Made by a program: the position numbers and the translations under genes. Below are positions 1-8,398 of a stretch of DNA of 64,000 nucleotides, one piece after another. Where the stretch lies: the sequence record SRR22947725_670; one strand, 5' to 3'. Within the stretch, counting starts at the first letter, position 1. Each line of letters opens with the position of its first letter. Under the pieces are notes generated by a model, which was not told the origin of the DNA, made no database searches, and saw only the letters and a list, made by a program, of their open reading frames with translations.

Positions 1-1619
1 CCTCGAGGTTGATAGATGATGCCATCCTCGGAGAGCAACCGGAGACCAGAAACCCCTCCGATTCCCCCCACAAGGGTGACCGGCTTGGTCGGCTGGCCCA
101 GGGAGGAAGAACTTCCACCTGTGTCAAAGACGAGAACTTCGCCTTGCTGGGTCAGTGGGTCTTCCACTACGACCGCGACCGCTGAGTCATCGATCCAGGC
201 CGCATCCACCCCGATTCCCTCTAGTGGCCCCAACTCAACAAAATCACTCAGCGCCTCGGGCACACAGTCCTCATCGCGAGTGACCGCCGTCAGAAGAGCC
301 CGCACCCCTGTCTGGGTTTGAACCAGCAAGAGAAGCCGTGTGTCATCACGCGCCAACTCCAGGGACACCAGTGACGAGTCAGCACCGAGTTCCAGCCCCA
401 GGGTCGTGAATTCGCCATCCGGCGTAAATAACCGAATCGTCTCTTCCGAGGGGTTCGCACTGGATGACCAGGTAAGGCCACACGAATCCACGACCGCTCT
501 CAGAAGGTCGGCCCGATCATCCAGGAGTGTCGGCTCGCCACTCATTCCCACCCGCCACAGACCATCAGATCGGGTCACGAGGGCCTGATTGAAGCGGGAT
601 GAGTAGAAAATTTCCTCGGGAATGAGTGTCGCCACCGCCAGAGAAAGCTGCTCTAGGGGTTCGACCCTGCCCCCCTGGAGATAGCCAAAACTCCGATTAG
701 CCAAAACAACAAGACGCGAATCTCGCCCGGTGGCGAGGGTGGGGGTGTCCGAACCCAGGGCGGGGATAACGAGTTCATTTTGATTGACCGAAATTCTTGC
801 CGAAGAGATCCCCTGGACCTGTTGCAAACTCGCCGTGAGCTGAACCAGCATCCGGTAGCGGGTGATGTCGTCAGCCCCCAACACTTGGGTGGTGAGATCC
901 ACCGTTGCCACCCCCTCCGTCACGGGGATGGGCGTGAGCGCAAGGCCGGTTCCCTCGGGGAGTGCAGAAATGGTGGCCCCCTGGTCCAACCAGAAGGTCG
1001 GCTTTGCCAAGAGTGCCCGCACGATTTTGGTGGAAACTTCTCCCCGGCTGGCAAACCACCGAACGTCAGCAACCAATTCGCGATAACCCGTGGAAAAGTA
1101 ATACAGGCGATAACTGGTGAAGGCTTCCCTAAAGGCCGCCTGGCTCAGCACGACCCCGTCAGAAAGCGCACTAATTCGCCACTCGCCCTCTTCGAGAACA
1201 AACTGAAACTCGAAGCTTTGCGCTGGCGCCTCGGGAGAGTCAAAATACCGGCCAAACTCATCAACACTCGCCCCCACCGAAAGGACATAGCTGGCTACAT
1301 TTGCACCGCCTAAGGTGACTTCTGGTTCACCTGCTCGAATGTAAGCAACCGCATTGGGATTCCATGAATCTTGCGCCTCGACGCTGAGATAACTCCTCGC
1401 GACTCGATAGTTATCTTGGGCAGCAGCTCCCGCTGCCATGAATCCCGCCAAAATGTCATCCTGGGTTGCGCCGGCAGAGGGGCCCGGGGGCAACACATCA
1501 ACCCCGTCAGAGGTCACCCGCGGACTGAAATCCGACGACATCACGGGGCCCTGTTGGGGAATTGTGGTGCAGGCGGCGAGGAGTGCGACCATGGCGAAAC
1601 AAACGAAGAATTTCCTCAT
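1..1619 (-). CDS. lpqB: LpqB family lipoprotein (3' end runs off the window; absent from the ORF track)
   Basis: Manual translation from ATG at 1619 gives MRKFFVCFAMVALLAACTTIPQQGPV, a signal peptide with an LAAC lipobox. ATGA overlap with the mtrB stop; mtrA-mtrB-lpqB synteny. Confidence 0.88.
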   Translation of the reverse strand, partial: MRKFFVCFAMVALLAACTTIPQQGPVMSSDFSPRVTSDGVDVLPPGPSAGATQDDILAGFMAAGAAAQDNYRVARSYLSVEAQDSWNPNAVAYIRAGEPEVTLGGANVASYVLSVGASVDEFGRYFDSPEAPAQSFEFQFVLEEGEWRISALSDGVVLSQAAFREAFTSYRLYYFSTGYRELVADVRWFASRGEVSTKIVRALLAKPTFWLDQGATISALPEGTGLALTPIPVTEGVATVDLTTQVLGADDITRYRMLVQLTASLQQVQGISSARISVNQNELVIPALGSDTPTLATGRDSRLVVLANRSFGYLQGGRVEPLEQLSLAVATLIPEEIFYSSRFNQALVTRSDGLWRVGMSGEPTLLDDRADLLRAVVDSCGLTWSSSANPSEETIRLFTPDGEFTTLGLELGADSSLVSLELARDDTRLLLLVQTQTGVRALLTAVTRDEDCVPEALSDFVELGPLEGIGVDAAWIDDSAVAVVVEDPLTQQGEVLVFDTGGSSSSLGQPTKPVTLVGGIGGVSGLRLLSEDGIIYQPR

Positions 1620-3250
1620 GGTTGCGCCTGCTGGGGAAGCGCTCCCGTAACCGCGCCAGAGGGGTCTTCGACACCCTCCGGGGGTAGAGGCAAGGGTGAT
1701 ACCTGCCAGGAATCCAGGGGGATCCGGGGAATCGTCAATCTAAAGCAGGTGCCTTCGCCTTCTTTGCTCCACACATCGATTCGCCCGCCGTGTGCGACAG
1801 CGTCTTCTTGGGCAATAGCAAGACCGAGGCCGGTGCCCCCGGTGGTCCGCTGGCGGGAAGGATCGGCTCGCCAAAACCGGTCGAAGACGCGCTGAGTTTG
1901 AGCTTCGGTCATCCCCATTCCCCAGTCCCTCACCGCTATGGCCAACGCTTCTTCGTTAGAGTCGATGTAGGTGACAATCGGGCGGCCCTCGCCGTGATCG
2001 ATGGCATTGCCGACAAAGTTCAGCACGATCCGCCGGATCCTCCGCTGGTCCACTTCGGATTCCCCATAGCCGCCACGCACCTCGACCAATAACTCAGACC
2101 CTTTTTCTCGCGCAAGCGGTCCCAGCTGGTCTAAACAGTCTTCAATGAGCGGCACCACATTGGTTTCTTCCACTTCCAGAGCGACGGCACCCGCGTCGTA
2201 GCGACTCATCTCCAGGAGGTCGGTCAACATGATTTCAAAACGCTCAATCTGGGTGAGCAAAAGCTCAATGGTTCGAGCATTTTCTGCGCTGAAGCCCTCA
2301 CGCTGGGCAAACAACACATCGCCTGCCAAGCGAATCGTGGTCAAGGGGGTGCGGAGCTCGTGGGAGACGTCTGACACAAATCGCTGCTGTACTTGCGAGA
2401 GATTGGCGAGTCGCACAATCTGGCTTTCCATGCTCTGCGCCATGCGATTGAAGGACCGGGAAAGAACAGCAATCACATCTTCACCGCTTTCGGTGAGACG
2501 TTCTTCCAGAAAACCCTGTGCTAATCGCTCCGCCGTGCGCGCAGCGCGGCGGATCGGATCGATCGTCAGTCGCACCACAAAGAACGTGACCAAGCCGATG
2601 GCCCCCACCAGTGCCAGCGACCCTGCAATCAGAGTTTGTTGAATCTCCATCAAGGTGGTTTGCACATCACTCAAGTCATAGACCAGATACAACTCGTACT
2701 GGCCAGAACTTGGCACTTGCAAGGAAGCCGCAGCGACAATTCCTGGCGCAGCGGCCTCTGCCCCAAGAGACACGGACTGATAGTGCAATTGGGAGGGTTC
2801 ACCTACCACCTGGGCACGCAAGCCACTCGACACCACCGAGAGGTCTAGGCCAGCGGTAGAGGTGGAGGTCATGGTCTGGTTGGTGATTTGCCCCGGGGTT
2901 CTCAACAGGGCGAAGCCGCTACCGCCAGGGCTTGATTGAGCCGAACGAATAGCGGTCTGTGCCGTGGTGTTTGCCGTTTCCACATCAATCGTCCCCGCCG
3001 CTGTGACCGAGTTGTCAAAAAGCGTCTGGGCAACAGTTGCTGCGCGGGTCGTTTCGCCCAAAATTTGATCGGTGCGCCCGGCAAACAAATTATCCGCGAT
3101 GGTGAGGGACATATATCCGCCAATAAGAGTCACCGCGAGACCCGATAACCCCACCGTGAGGGTGACAGTGCGCGCCAGTAGGGAGCTCCGCCACATGTCC
3201 ACGGGTGCCGCAAGTCCTTGGAGGAAGGCCCGCCAGAGGGCTCTCATCAT
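1616..3250 (-). CDS. mtrB: Sensor histidine kinase MtrB
   Basis: Two TM segments, HAMP domain, FVSDVSHELRTPLTTIR H-box, GGTGLGLAI G-box; lies between mtrA and lpqB. Confidence 0.93.
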   Translation of the reverse strand: MMRALWRAFLQGLAAPVDMWRSSLLARTVTLTVGLSGLAVTLIGGYMSLTIADNLFAGRTDQILGETTRAATVAQTLFDNSVTAAGTIDVETANTTAQTAIRSAQSSPGGSGFALLRTPGQITNQTMTSTSTAGLDLSVVSSGLRAQVVGEPSQLHYQSVSLGAEAAAPGIVAAASLQVPSSGQYELYLVYDLSDVQTTLMEIQQTLIAGSLALVGAIGLVTFFVVRLTIDPIRRAARTAERLAQGFLEERLTESGEDVIAVLSRSFNRMAQSMESQIVRLANLSQVQQRFVSDVSHELRTPLTTIRLAGDVLFAQREGFSAENARTIELLLTQIERFEIMLTDLLEMSRYDAGAVALEVEETNVVPLIEDCLDQLGPLAREKGSELLVEVRGGYGESEVDQRRIRRIVLNFVGNAIDHGEGRPIVTYIDSNEEALAIAVRDWGMGMTEAQTQRVFDRFWRADPSRQRTTGGTGLGLAIAQEDAVAHGGRIDVWSKEGEGTCFRLTIPRIPLDSWQVSPLPLPPEGVEDPSGAVTGALPQQAQP

Positions 3251-3948
3251 GGCGCTTCGTCAGCTGCCTTCACACTCGCACCAGCTCGGTAGCCCACACC
3301 CCTGATCGTTTGCACGATGACGGGGTTATCGGGGTCCTGTTCCACTTTGGCCCGCAAGCGCTGAACATGCACGTTGACCAGTCGCGTGTCTGCTTTGTAG
3401 TGATATCCCCACACCTGCTCGAGCAACATCTCGCGCGTGAATACCTGCTCGGGCTTGAGTGCCAAGGTCACCAGTAACTCAAATTCCAACGGGGTGAGGT
3501 TAACGCGGCTTTCTCCGCGCGTCACTTCATGCGCGGGCACGTCAATGGTCACGTCTCCCACCACGATCACTCGCGCAACGCTCGCGCTCGTGGGGCGAAG
3601 CCTGGTGCGGATCCGGGCAACTAACTCTTTAGGGTTGAAGGGCTTCACCACATAGTCATCGGCGCCACTTTCAAGCCCGCGGACGACATCGGTGGTGTCT
3701 CCCTTCGCCGTCAACATAATGACCGGCACCCCACTCATTTCTCGTATAGCGCTACACACCTGAATTCCATCGAGGCCGGGGAGCATGACGTCGAGAAGAA
3801 CAAGGTCAGGCTTCGCGTCGGGAAATAGATCTAGGGCCTCTTTGCCATTAAAGGCTTGAATCGGAACGTAACCTTCGCCACGCAAGACAATAGAGATCAT
3901 TTCAGCCAGGGCGACGTCGTCGTCGACCACCAAAATGCGAGCAGTCAT
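3247..3948 (-). CDS. mtrA: OmpR-family response regulator MtrA
   Basis: ILVVDDD, LLDVMLPG and VWGYHYKADTRLVNVHVQRLRAK motifs. Start taken at ATG 3948 (MTARILVV). Confidence 0.95.
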   Translation of the reverse strand: MTARILVVDDDVALAEMISIVLRGEGYVPIQAFNGKEALDLFPDAKPDLVLLDVMLPGLDGIQVCSAIREMSGVPVIMLTAKGDTTDVVRGLESGADDYVVKPFNPKELVARIRTRLRPTSASVARVIVVGDVTIDVPAHEVTRGESRVNLTPLEFELLVTLALKPEQVFTREMLLEQVWGYHYKADTRLVNVHVQRLRAKVEQDPDNPVIVQTIRGVGYRAGASVKAADEAP

Positions 3949-3962
3949 GACTGGCTCCAATC

Positions 3963-4000
3963 GGCGCTATCGATGGTTATCTCGATAGCGCCCAAGCCTA
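3963..4000 (-). promoter_or_regulatory. Candidate mtrA -10 element (TAGGCT, 4000-3995) followed by an 11-bp inverted repeat
   Basis: GGCGCTATCGA (3963-3973), 8-nt loop, TCGATAGCGCC (3982-3992). Could instead be the ahcY terminator. Confidence 0.5.
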
Positions 4001-4017
4001 TAAGAGCCAGCTCTCGT

Positions 4018-5469
4018 CTAATAGCGGTAGTGCTCAACCTTGTAGGGGCCCTGCTTGGGAACCCCGATGTAGGCGGCCTGTTGATCGCTCAGCTCTGTGA
4101 GCTCAACACCTAACGCATCGAGGTGAAGCCTGGCTACTTTTTCATCCAGGTGCTTGGGCAACATATGAACACCGAGGGGATAGGCCGCTCCGTTGGTGAA
4201 CACCTCAATTTGAGCAAGAACCTGGTTGGTGAAGGAGTTGCTCATCACGAAGCTGGGGTGCCCGGTGGCGTTACCCAGATTCATCAAGCGGCCTTCACTC
4301 AGCATCAAAATGCTTCGACCATTGGGCATCTGCCATTCGTGAACCTGTGGTTTGATTTCCACCCGAGTCGCACCGGGAAGAGATTCCAGTCCCTCGATGT
4401 CGATTTCGTTGTCGAAGTGACCCACGTTGGCCACAATTGCTTGGTGCTTCAGCGCCAGCATGTGATCCACGGTCACCACGCCCAGGTTTCCGGTTGCAGT
4501 GATCAGAACATCGACCTTGTCGATTACCGATTCCAATTTCGCAACCTGGTATCCATCCATCGCTGCTTGCAGAGCCAAGATCGGGTCAATTTCTGACACG
4601 ATCACCCGGGCGCCTTGGCCCCGGAGGGACTCAGCTGAGCCCTTGCCCACATCGCCATAGCCGCAGACAAAAGTGACTTTCCCACTCATGAAAGTGTCCG
4701 TGGCGCGATTGAGGCCATCAATCAAGGAGTGACGGACGCCATATTTGTTATCAAATTTGGACTTTGTCACCGAATCGTTGACGTTGATGGCGGGGAAGAG
4801 AAGCTTTCCCTCTTTGAAGAATTCATACAACCTATGAACTCCGGTGGTGGTTTCTTCCGTTACGCCCAAGATGTCAGCAGCGATGTCGGTGAACCTGGTG
4901 GGATTCGCTGGGAGGCTTCTGGTGAGAACGTCGAGAATGACTTTCCATTCACCAGGATCGCCAGCGGCGGGTGCTGGAACAGCGCCTGCTTTTTCGAATT
5001 CAACTCCCTTATGAACCAGGAGGGTGGCATCGCCACCATCGTCCAAAATCATGTTCGGACCGCTGTGTCCGCTATCACTCCAGTCAAAAATCTGCTCCGT
5101 GCACCACCAGTACTCTTCGAGAGTCTCGCCCTTCCAGGCAAATACGGGGGTGCCTTCAGGGCTTTCTGGTGTTCCTCGACCAACCACCACGGCAGCGGCA
5201 GCGTCGTCTTGGGTGGAGAAAATGTTACAGCTGGCCCAGCGGACGTCTGCACCCAGTGCGACAAGAGTCTCAATCAGAACTGCGGTCTGAACAGTCATGT
5301 GAAGGGATCCCGCAATGCGAGCGCCCTTCAGAGGCTGATGGGGACCAAATTCTTCACGCAAGGCCATCAGGCCTGGCATTTCATGCTCGGCAAGACGAAG
5401 TTGGTGACGACCAGCTTCGGCGAGAGACAAATCGGCAACGCGGTATTGGAGTGGGGTAAGAGTCAGCAT
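4018..5469 (-). CDS. ahcY: Adenosylhomocysteinase
   Basis: [49 protein letters not shown] and a C-terminal HYRY. Confidence 0.98.
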   Translation of the reverse strand: MLTLTPLQYRVADLSLAEAGRHQLRLAEHEMPGLMALREEFGPHQPLKGARIAGSLHMTVQTAVLIETLVALGADVRWASCNIFSTQDDAAAAVVVGRGTPESPEGTPVFAWKGETLEEYWWCTEQIFDWSDSGHSGPNMILDDGGDATLLVHKGVEFEKAGAVPAPAAGDPGEWKVILDVLTRSLPANPTRFTDIAADILGVTEETTTGVHRLYEFFKEGKLLFPAINVNDSVTKSKFDNKYGVRHSLIDGLNRATDTFMSGKVTFVCGYGDVGKGSAESLRGQGARVIVSEIDPILALQAAMDGYQVAKLESVIDKVDVLITATGNLGVVTVDHMLALKHQAIVANVGHFDNEIDIEGLESLPGATRVEIKPQVHEWQMPNGRSILMLSEGRLMNLGNATGHPSFVMSNSFTNQVLAQIEVFTNGAAYPLGVHMLPKHLDEKVARLHLDALGVELTELSDQQAAYIGVPKQGPYKVEHYRY

Positions 5470-5521
5470 TGTTCTATTCTGACATCAATTCAGCTGTGCG
5501 AACCCGGTTAATGCAACCTGT

Positions 5522-6922
5522 TTATCCCGTGGCGCGAACCAGCGCTAAAGCTTCGTCCCGGACCGACTGCATCAGGGAAGAAGTCTCTGCTTCCACATTG
5601 AGCCGCAACAGGGGCTCTGTGTTCGAGCCGCGGACATTGAGCCACCACCACCCCTCGGGTGTGACACCTGACATCGTGAGCCCGTCGAGCGAGTCCTGCT
5701 CGCCACGCGAGCCAAAAACGTCGAGAATCTTCGCAATCACGAGTTCTTGGTCCTCGACGGTCGTGTTGATTTCACCGCTCTCGACATAGCGGGAATACTC
5801 CTGCGCAATCGTGGAGAGAGCTTCTGTTCTTGCGCGCACTTCGGCAATCACGTGCAACGCTGCCAACATTCCATTATCGGCACCCCAGAACTCTGCGAAG
5901 TAGTAGTGCGCGGAATGCTCACCACCGAAAATGGCACCCGTTTCTTTCATCTGGTCTTTGATCAGTGAGTGTCCCACCCTCGTCCTAATTGGGACACCAC
6001 CGTTTTCAGCAATGATTTCTGCCACAGTCCGCGAACACAGCAGGTTGTGAAGGACAGGGATAGGTCCGGTTTCTCCCGAGTTACGAACTCGGACTATTTC
6101 CCGCTTGGCCACCATTGCTGCCACAGCACTCGGTGTCACCGGTTGCCCTAACTCGTCGATGACGAAGCACCGGTCAGCATCTCCATCAAACGCTAAGCCA
6201 AGATCCGCACCCGCGGAAAGAACTGCGGCTTGAAGATCGACGAGGTTGGCGGGCTCGAGAGGGTTAGCTTCGTGGTTGGGAAAACTTCCATCCAGCTCAA
6301 AATACATCGGAATAATCTCGATACCGCGGGCTTTTCCAAAGACGGCAGGCACCGTCAATCCCGCCATCCCGTTGGCCGCATCGACCACGATGCGAAGGGG
6401 TCGCTCACCCTGCAGAGGAACCAGGCTCGTGAGGTGCGCGGCATAGTCCGCCAGAACCGAAAGTGACTCCACCTCGCCGACAACATCTCCGTAGGGCGCG
6501 GTGCCCTCCAAAAACTTTGCCGCTCGGTCGCGAATCGACGACAGGCCCGTGTCCATGCTGATGCCTTGAGCTCGAGCCCGGGAAAACTTCAGACCGTTAT
6601 AGCTTGCGGGATTGTGGCTTGCCGTAAACATCACCGCAGGGAGATCCCAGGAACCCGAGGCGAAATAGACCATGTCGGTGGAGCACAGGCCGATGTTTTT
6701 GACACCGCCACCGCGTGATAACACTCCTTCAACAAAGGCAGCAGCAAGGAGCGGCGAAGAGTCTCGCATGTCGTGTCCCACAACTACATCGACACCGGGC
6801 CCAGAAATCACATCGACAAACGCAGCGCCCAACGCCTTCGACACCTCCGGTGTCAATTGGGTTTCGACAAGCCCGCGAACGTCATAGGTCTTGACAATGT
6901 CGAAAAGCGCTTTGGTGGTCAT
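5522..6922 (-). CDS. manB: Phosphomannomutase/phosphoglucomutase
   Basis: YDVRG, TASHNP, FDGDADR, GGEHSAH and SNTEPLLRLNVE motifs. Confidence 0.95.
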   Translation of the reverse strand: MTTKALFDIVKTYDVRGLVETQLTPEVSKALGAAFVDVISGPGVDVVVGHDMRDSSPLLAAAFVEGVLSRGGGVKNIGLCSTDMVYFASGSWDLPAVMFTASHNPASYNGLKFSRARAQGISMDTGLSSIRDRAAKFLEGTAPYGDVVGEVESLSVLADYAAHLTSLVPLQGERPLRIVVDAANGMAGLTVPAVFGKARGIEIIPMYFELDGSFPNHEANPLEPANLVDLQAAVLSAGADLGLAFDGDADRCFVIDELGQPVTPSAVAAMVAKREIVRVRNSGETGPIPVLHNLLCSRTVAEIIAENGGVPIRTRVGHSLIKDQMKETGAIFGGEHSAHYYFAEFWGADNGMLAALHVIAEVRARTEALSTIAQEYSRYVESGEINTTVEDQELVIAKILDVFGSRGEQDSLDGLTMSGVTPEGWWWLNVRGSNTEPLLRLNVEAETSSLMQSVRDEALALVRATG

Positions 6923-6970
6923 GTTTCAAGCCTAATCAGAAACACAGGCGTGCCCTCGCGAAGTGAAGCG

Positions 6971-8398
6971 TTACCGAACGCTCACAAAAACTGAGCCTTG
7001 TCGCTCCGGCGTGGGCAGCACCATGACGCTATCGATGACGGTTTCACCTCGAAGCGAAAGACCTGCATACACCGGCTGGGTGGAGGAAAGTTCATGGCCG
7101 CCAGGCGAGACTGGCCGAGTTGCGAGCGATCGAGCCGGAACGGAAACGTCTCTGCCATCGAGTCTCACCGAGACGTCCTCCGTCCCCGGGTTGACCAGAG
7201 AAAGCCTGGCTTCGCCCCCCGCGGGCACGGCAAAGGCCGTTTCCCCGATAATCAGCGGGGCGCTTCCCACCCAGTCGGTGTCGGTTCGCTGGTCGGTCCC
7301 CACGCTGGTTCGAATCGACGCAACCACGGGGGCTGACGATTGAATAAGAAGGGCTAAATCGCCGCTGCCAAATTCATCCAGTAAGAGGTCTTTGGTCTCA
7401 CCGGCCACCAGATCCACGGTGATTATTGAGGGCTCCGCTCCTACAAGGGCAACGGTTACCTGCGCACGGGTGTCTTCATCGGGTGAAAGAAGTCTCACGA
7501 TAGCTCCAAAATCCTGATACCCATCTTTTCCGCGAATAGGCCCCGAGATTTCTTCCGGGGGCGAATAGGCCCCGGTAATCACTCTTTCCGCGCTGGGGCC
7601 TGGTTGTGAACCCATCACACTCAACCCATCTGCTTCGAGGCCGCGATAGATGGAATAGTGCAGTGCCGCAACAATCCCCACACCAGCGCTGGTCACCCGC
7701 AATACCGGTGAGCGCTCCTCGGGAGCCAATCCCGCAACAGAGAGCACTCGCTGGGACATCGGAGCAACCAAAATCCCCCGCCCCAGGGGCGCCACGATGG
7801 GGCCTGTTTGACCCCACACAGAGATGTCGACCAGGGCGGGGATATCCGAGGGATTAATCAGCGATAGCGCGGTTTGTCGACCCACTGTGGTTTCTCCCCC
7901 CACCAGCCACGCCTCACGGGAGGGAATTTGGCATTCCGAGGTGGCAAGTCCTGTGACATTCAAGTTGTTCAGGGTCTGGGAACTAGATGCGGCAAGGGAA
8001 CCACTGTCCACCGGTTGGGACACCACGACAGGGGGCTCAGCAATGAGAGCAGACTCCAAAGAAAAGCCATCCACCACACTGGTGTCAAGAATCGGTGTCA
8101 CCGTAGTGTCGGAGCCTACGATCGTCTCGGTTGCTGGCCCGTAGCCCACCGCTGAAGCGCTCTGGCTGCCAAAGGAGAGTGCCGGGCCCATACACACCAG
8201 CATCCGATCCGGCTCCGCCGGAACGACTTCAATACTGGCAATCGGCGGTTTGGGGCCTTCGAAAGCGTTGACAATCCCGACCGGTAAACCCACTGCCACG
8301 AGCCCGATGGAGAGGGCCAGAAGGAGAGTGGAGACAATCGCCGTGATGGTGCGAAGAGCGAGATTCCTGGCACCGTGTTGCGGAGTGTGATCAGACAT
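6971..8398 (-). CDS. Membrane-anchored exported protein, DUF5719-like
   Basis: N-terminal TM, beta-rich body with two LxLxNP motifs and conserved Cys; usual position downstream of whiB and the membrane GT2. Start taken at MSDH (8398). Confidence 0.75.
   Translation of the reverse strand: MSDHTPQHGARNLALRTITAIVSTLLLALSIGLVAVGLPVGIVNAFEGPKPPIASIEVVPAEPDRMLVCMGPALSFGSQSASAVGYGPATETIVGSDTTVTPILDTSVVDGFSLESALIAEPPVVVSQPVDSGSLAASSSQTLNNLNVTGLATSECQIPSREAWLVGGETTVGRQTALSLINPSDIPALVDISVWGQTGPIVAPLGRGILVAPMSQRVLSVAGLAPEERSPVLRVTSAGVGIVAALHYSIYRGLEADGLSVMGSQPGPSAERVITGAYSPPEEISGPIRGKDGYQDFGAIVRLLSPDEDTRAQVTVALVGAEPSIITVDLVAGETKDLLLDEFGSGDLALLIQSSAPVVASIRTSVGTDQRTDTDWVGSAPLIIGETAFAVPAGGEARLSLVNPGTEDVSVRLDGRDVSVPARSLATRPVSPGGHELSSTQPVYAGLSLRGETVIDSVMVLPTPERQGSVFVSVR

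Noticed and set aside
16-1501. Short ORFs listed in the first 1.5 kb
   Set aside because: The region is occupied by minus-strand lpqB, which the track missed because its stop lies outside the window.
4729-5511. 260-aa plus-strand ORF, and similar ones at 8847-9653, 13104-13844 and 44800-45570
   Set aside because: All are antisense to well-supported genes and lack protein-family features.
5470-5521. SAH riboswitch upstream of ahcY
   Set aside because: The intergenic gap is only 52 nt with no recognisable fold, and a CAGAAT hexamer 6 nt before the ATG suggests a leaderless mRNA.
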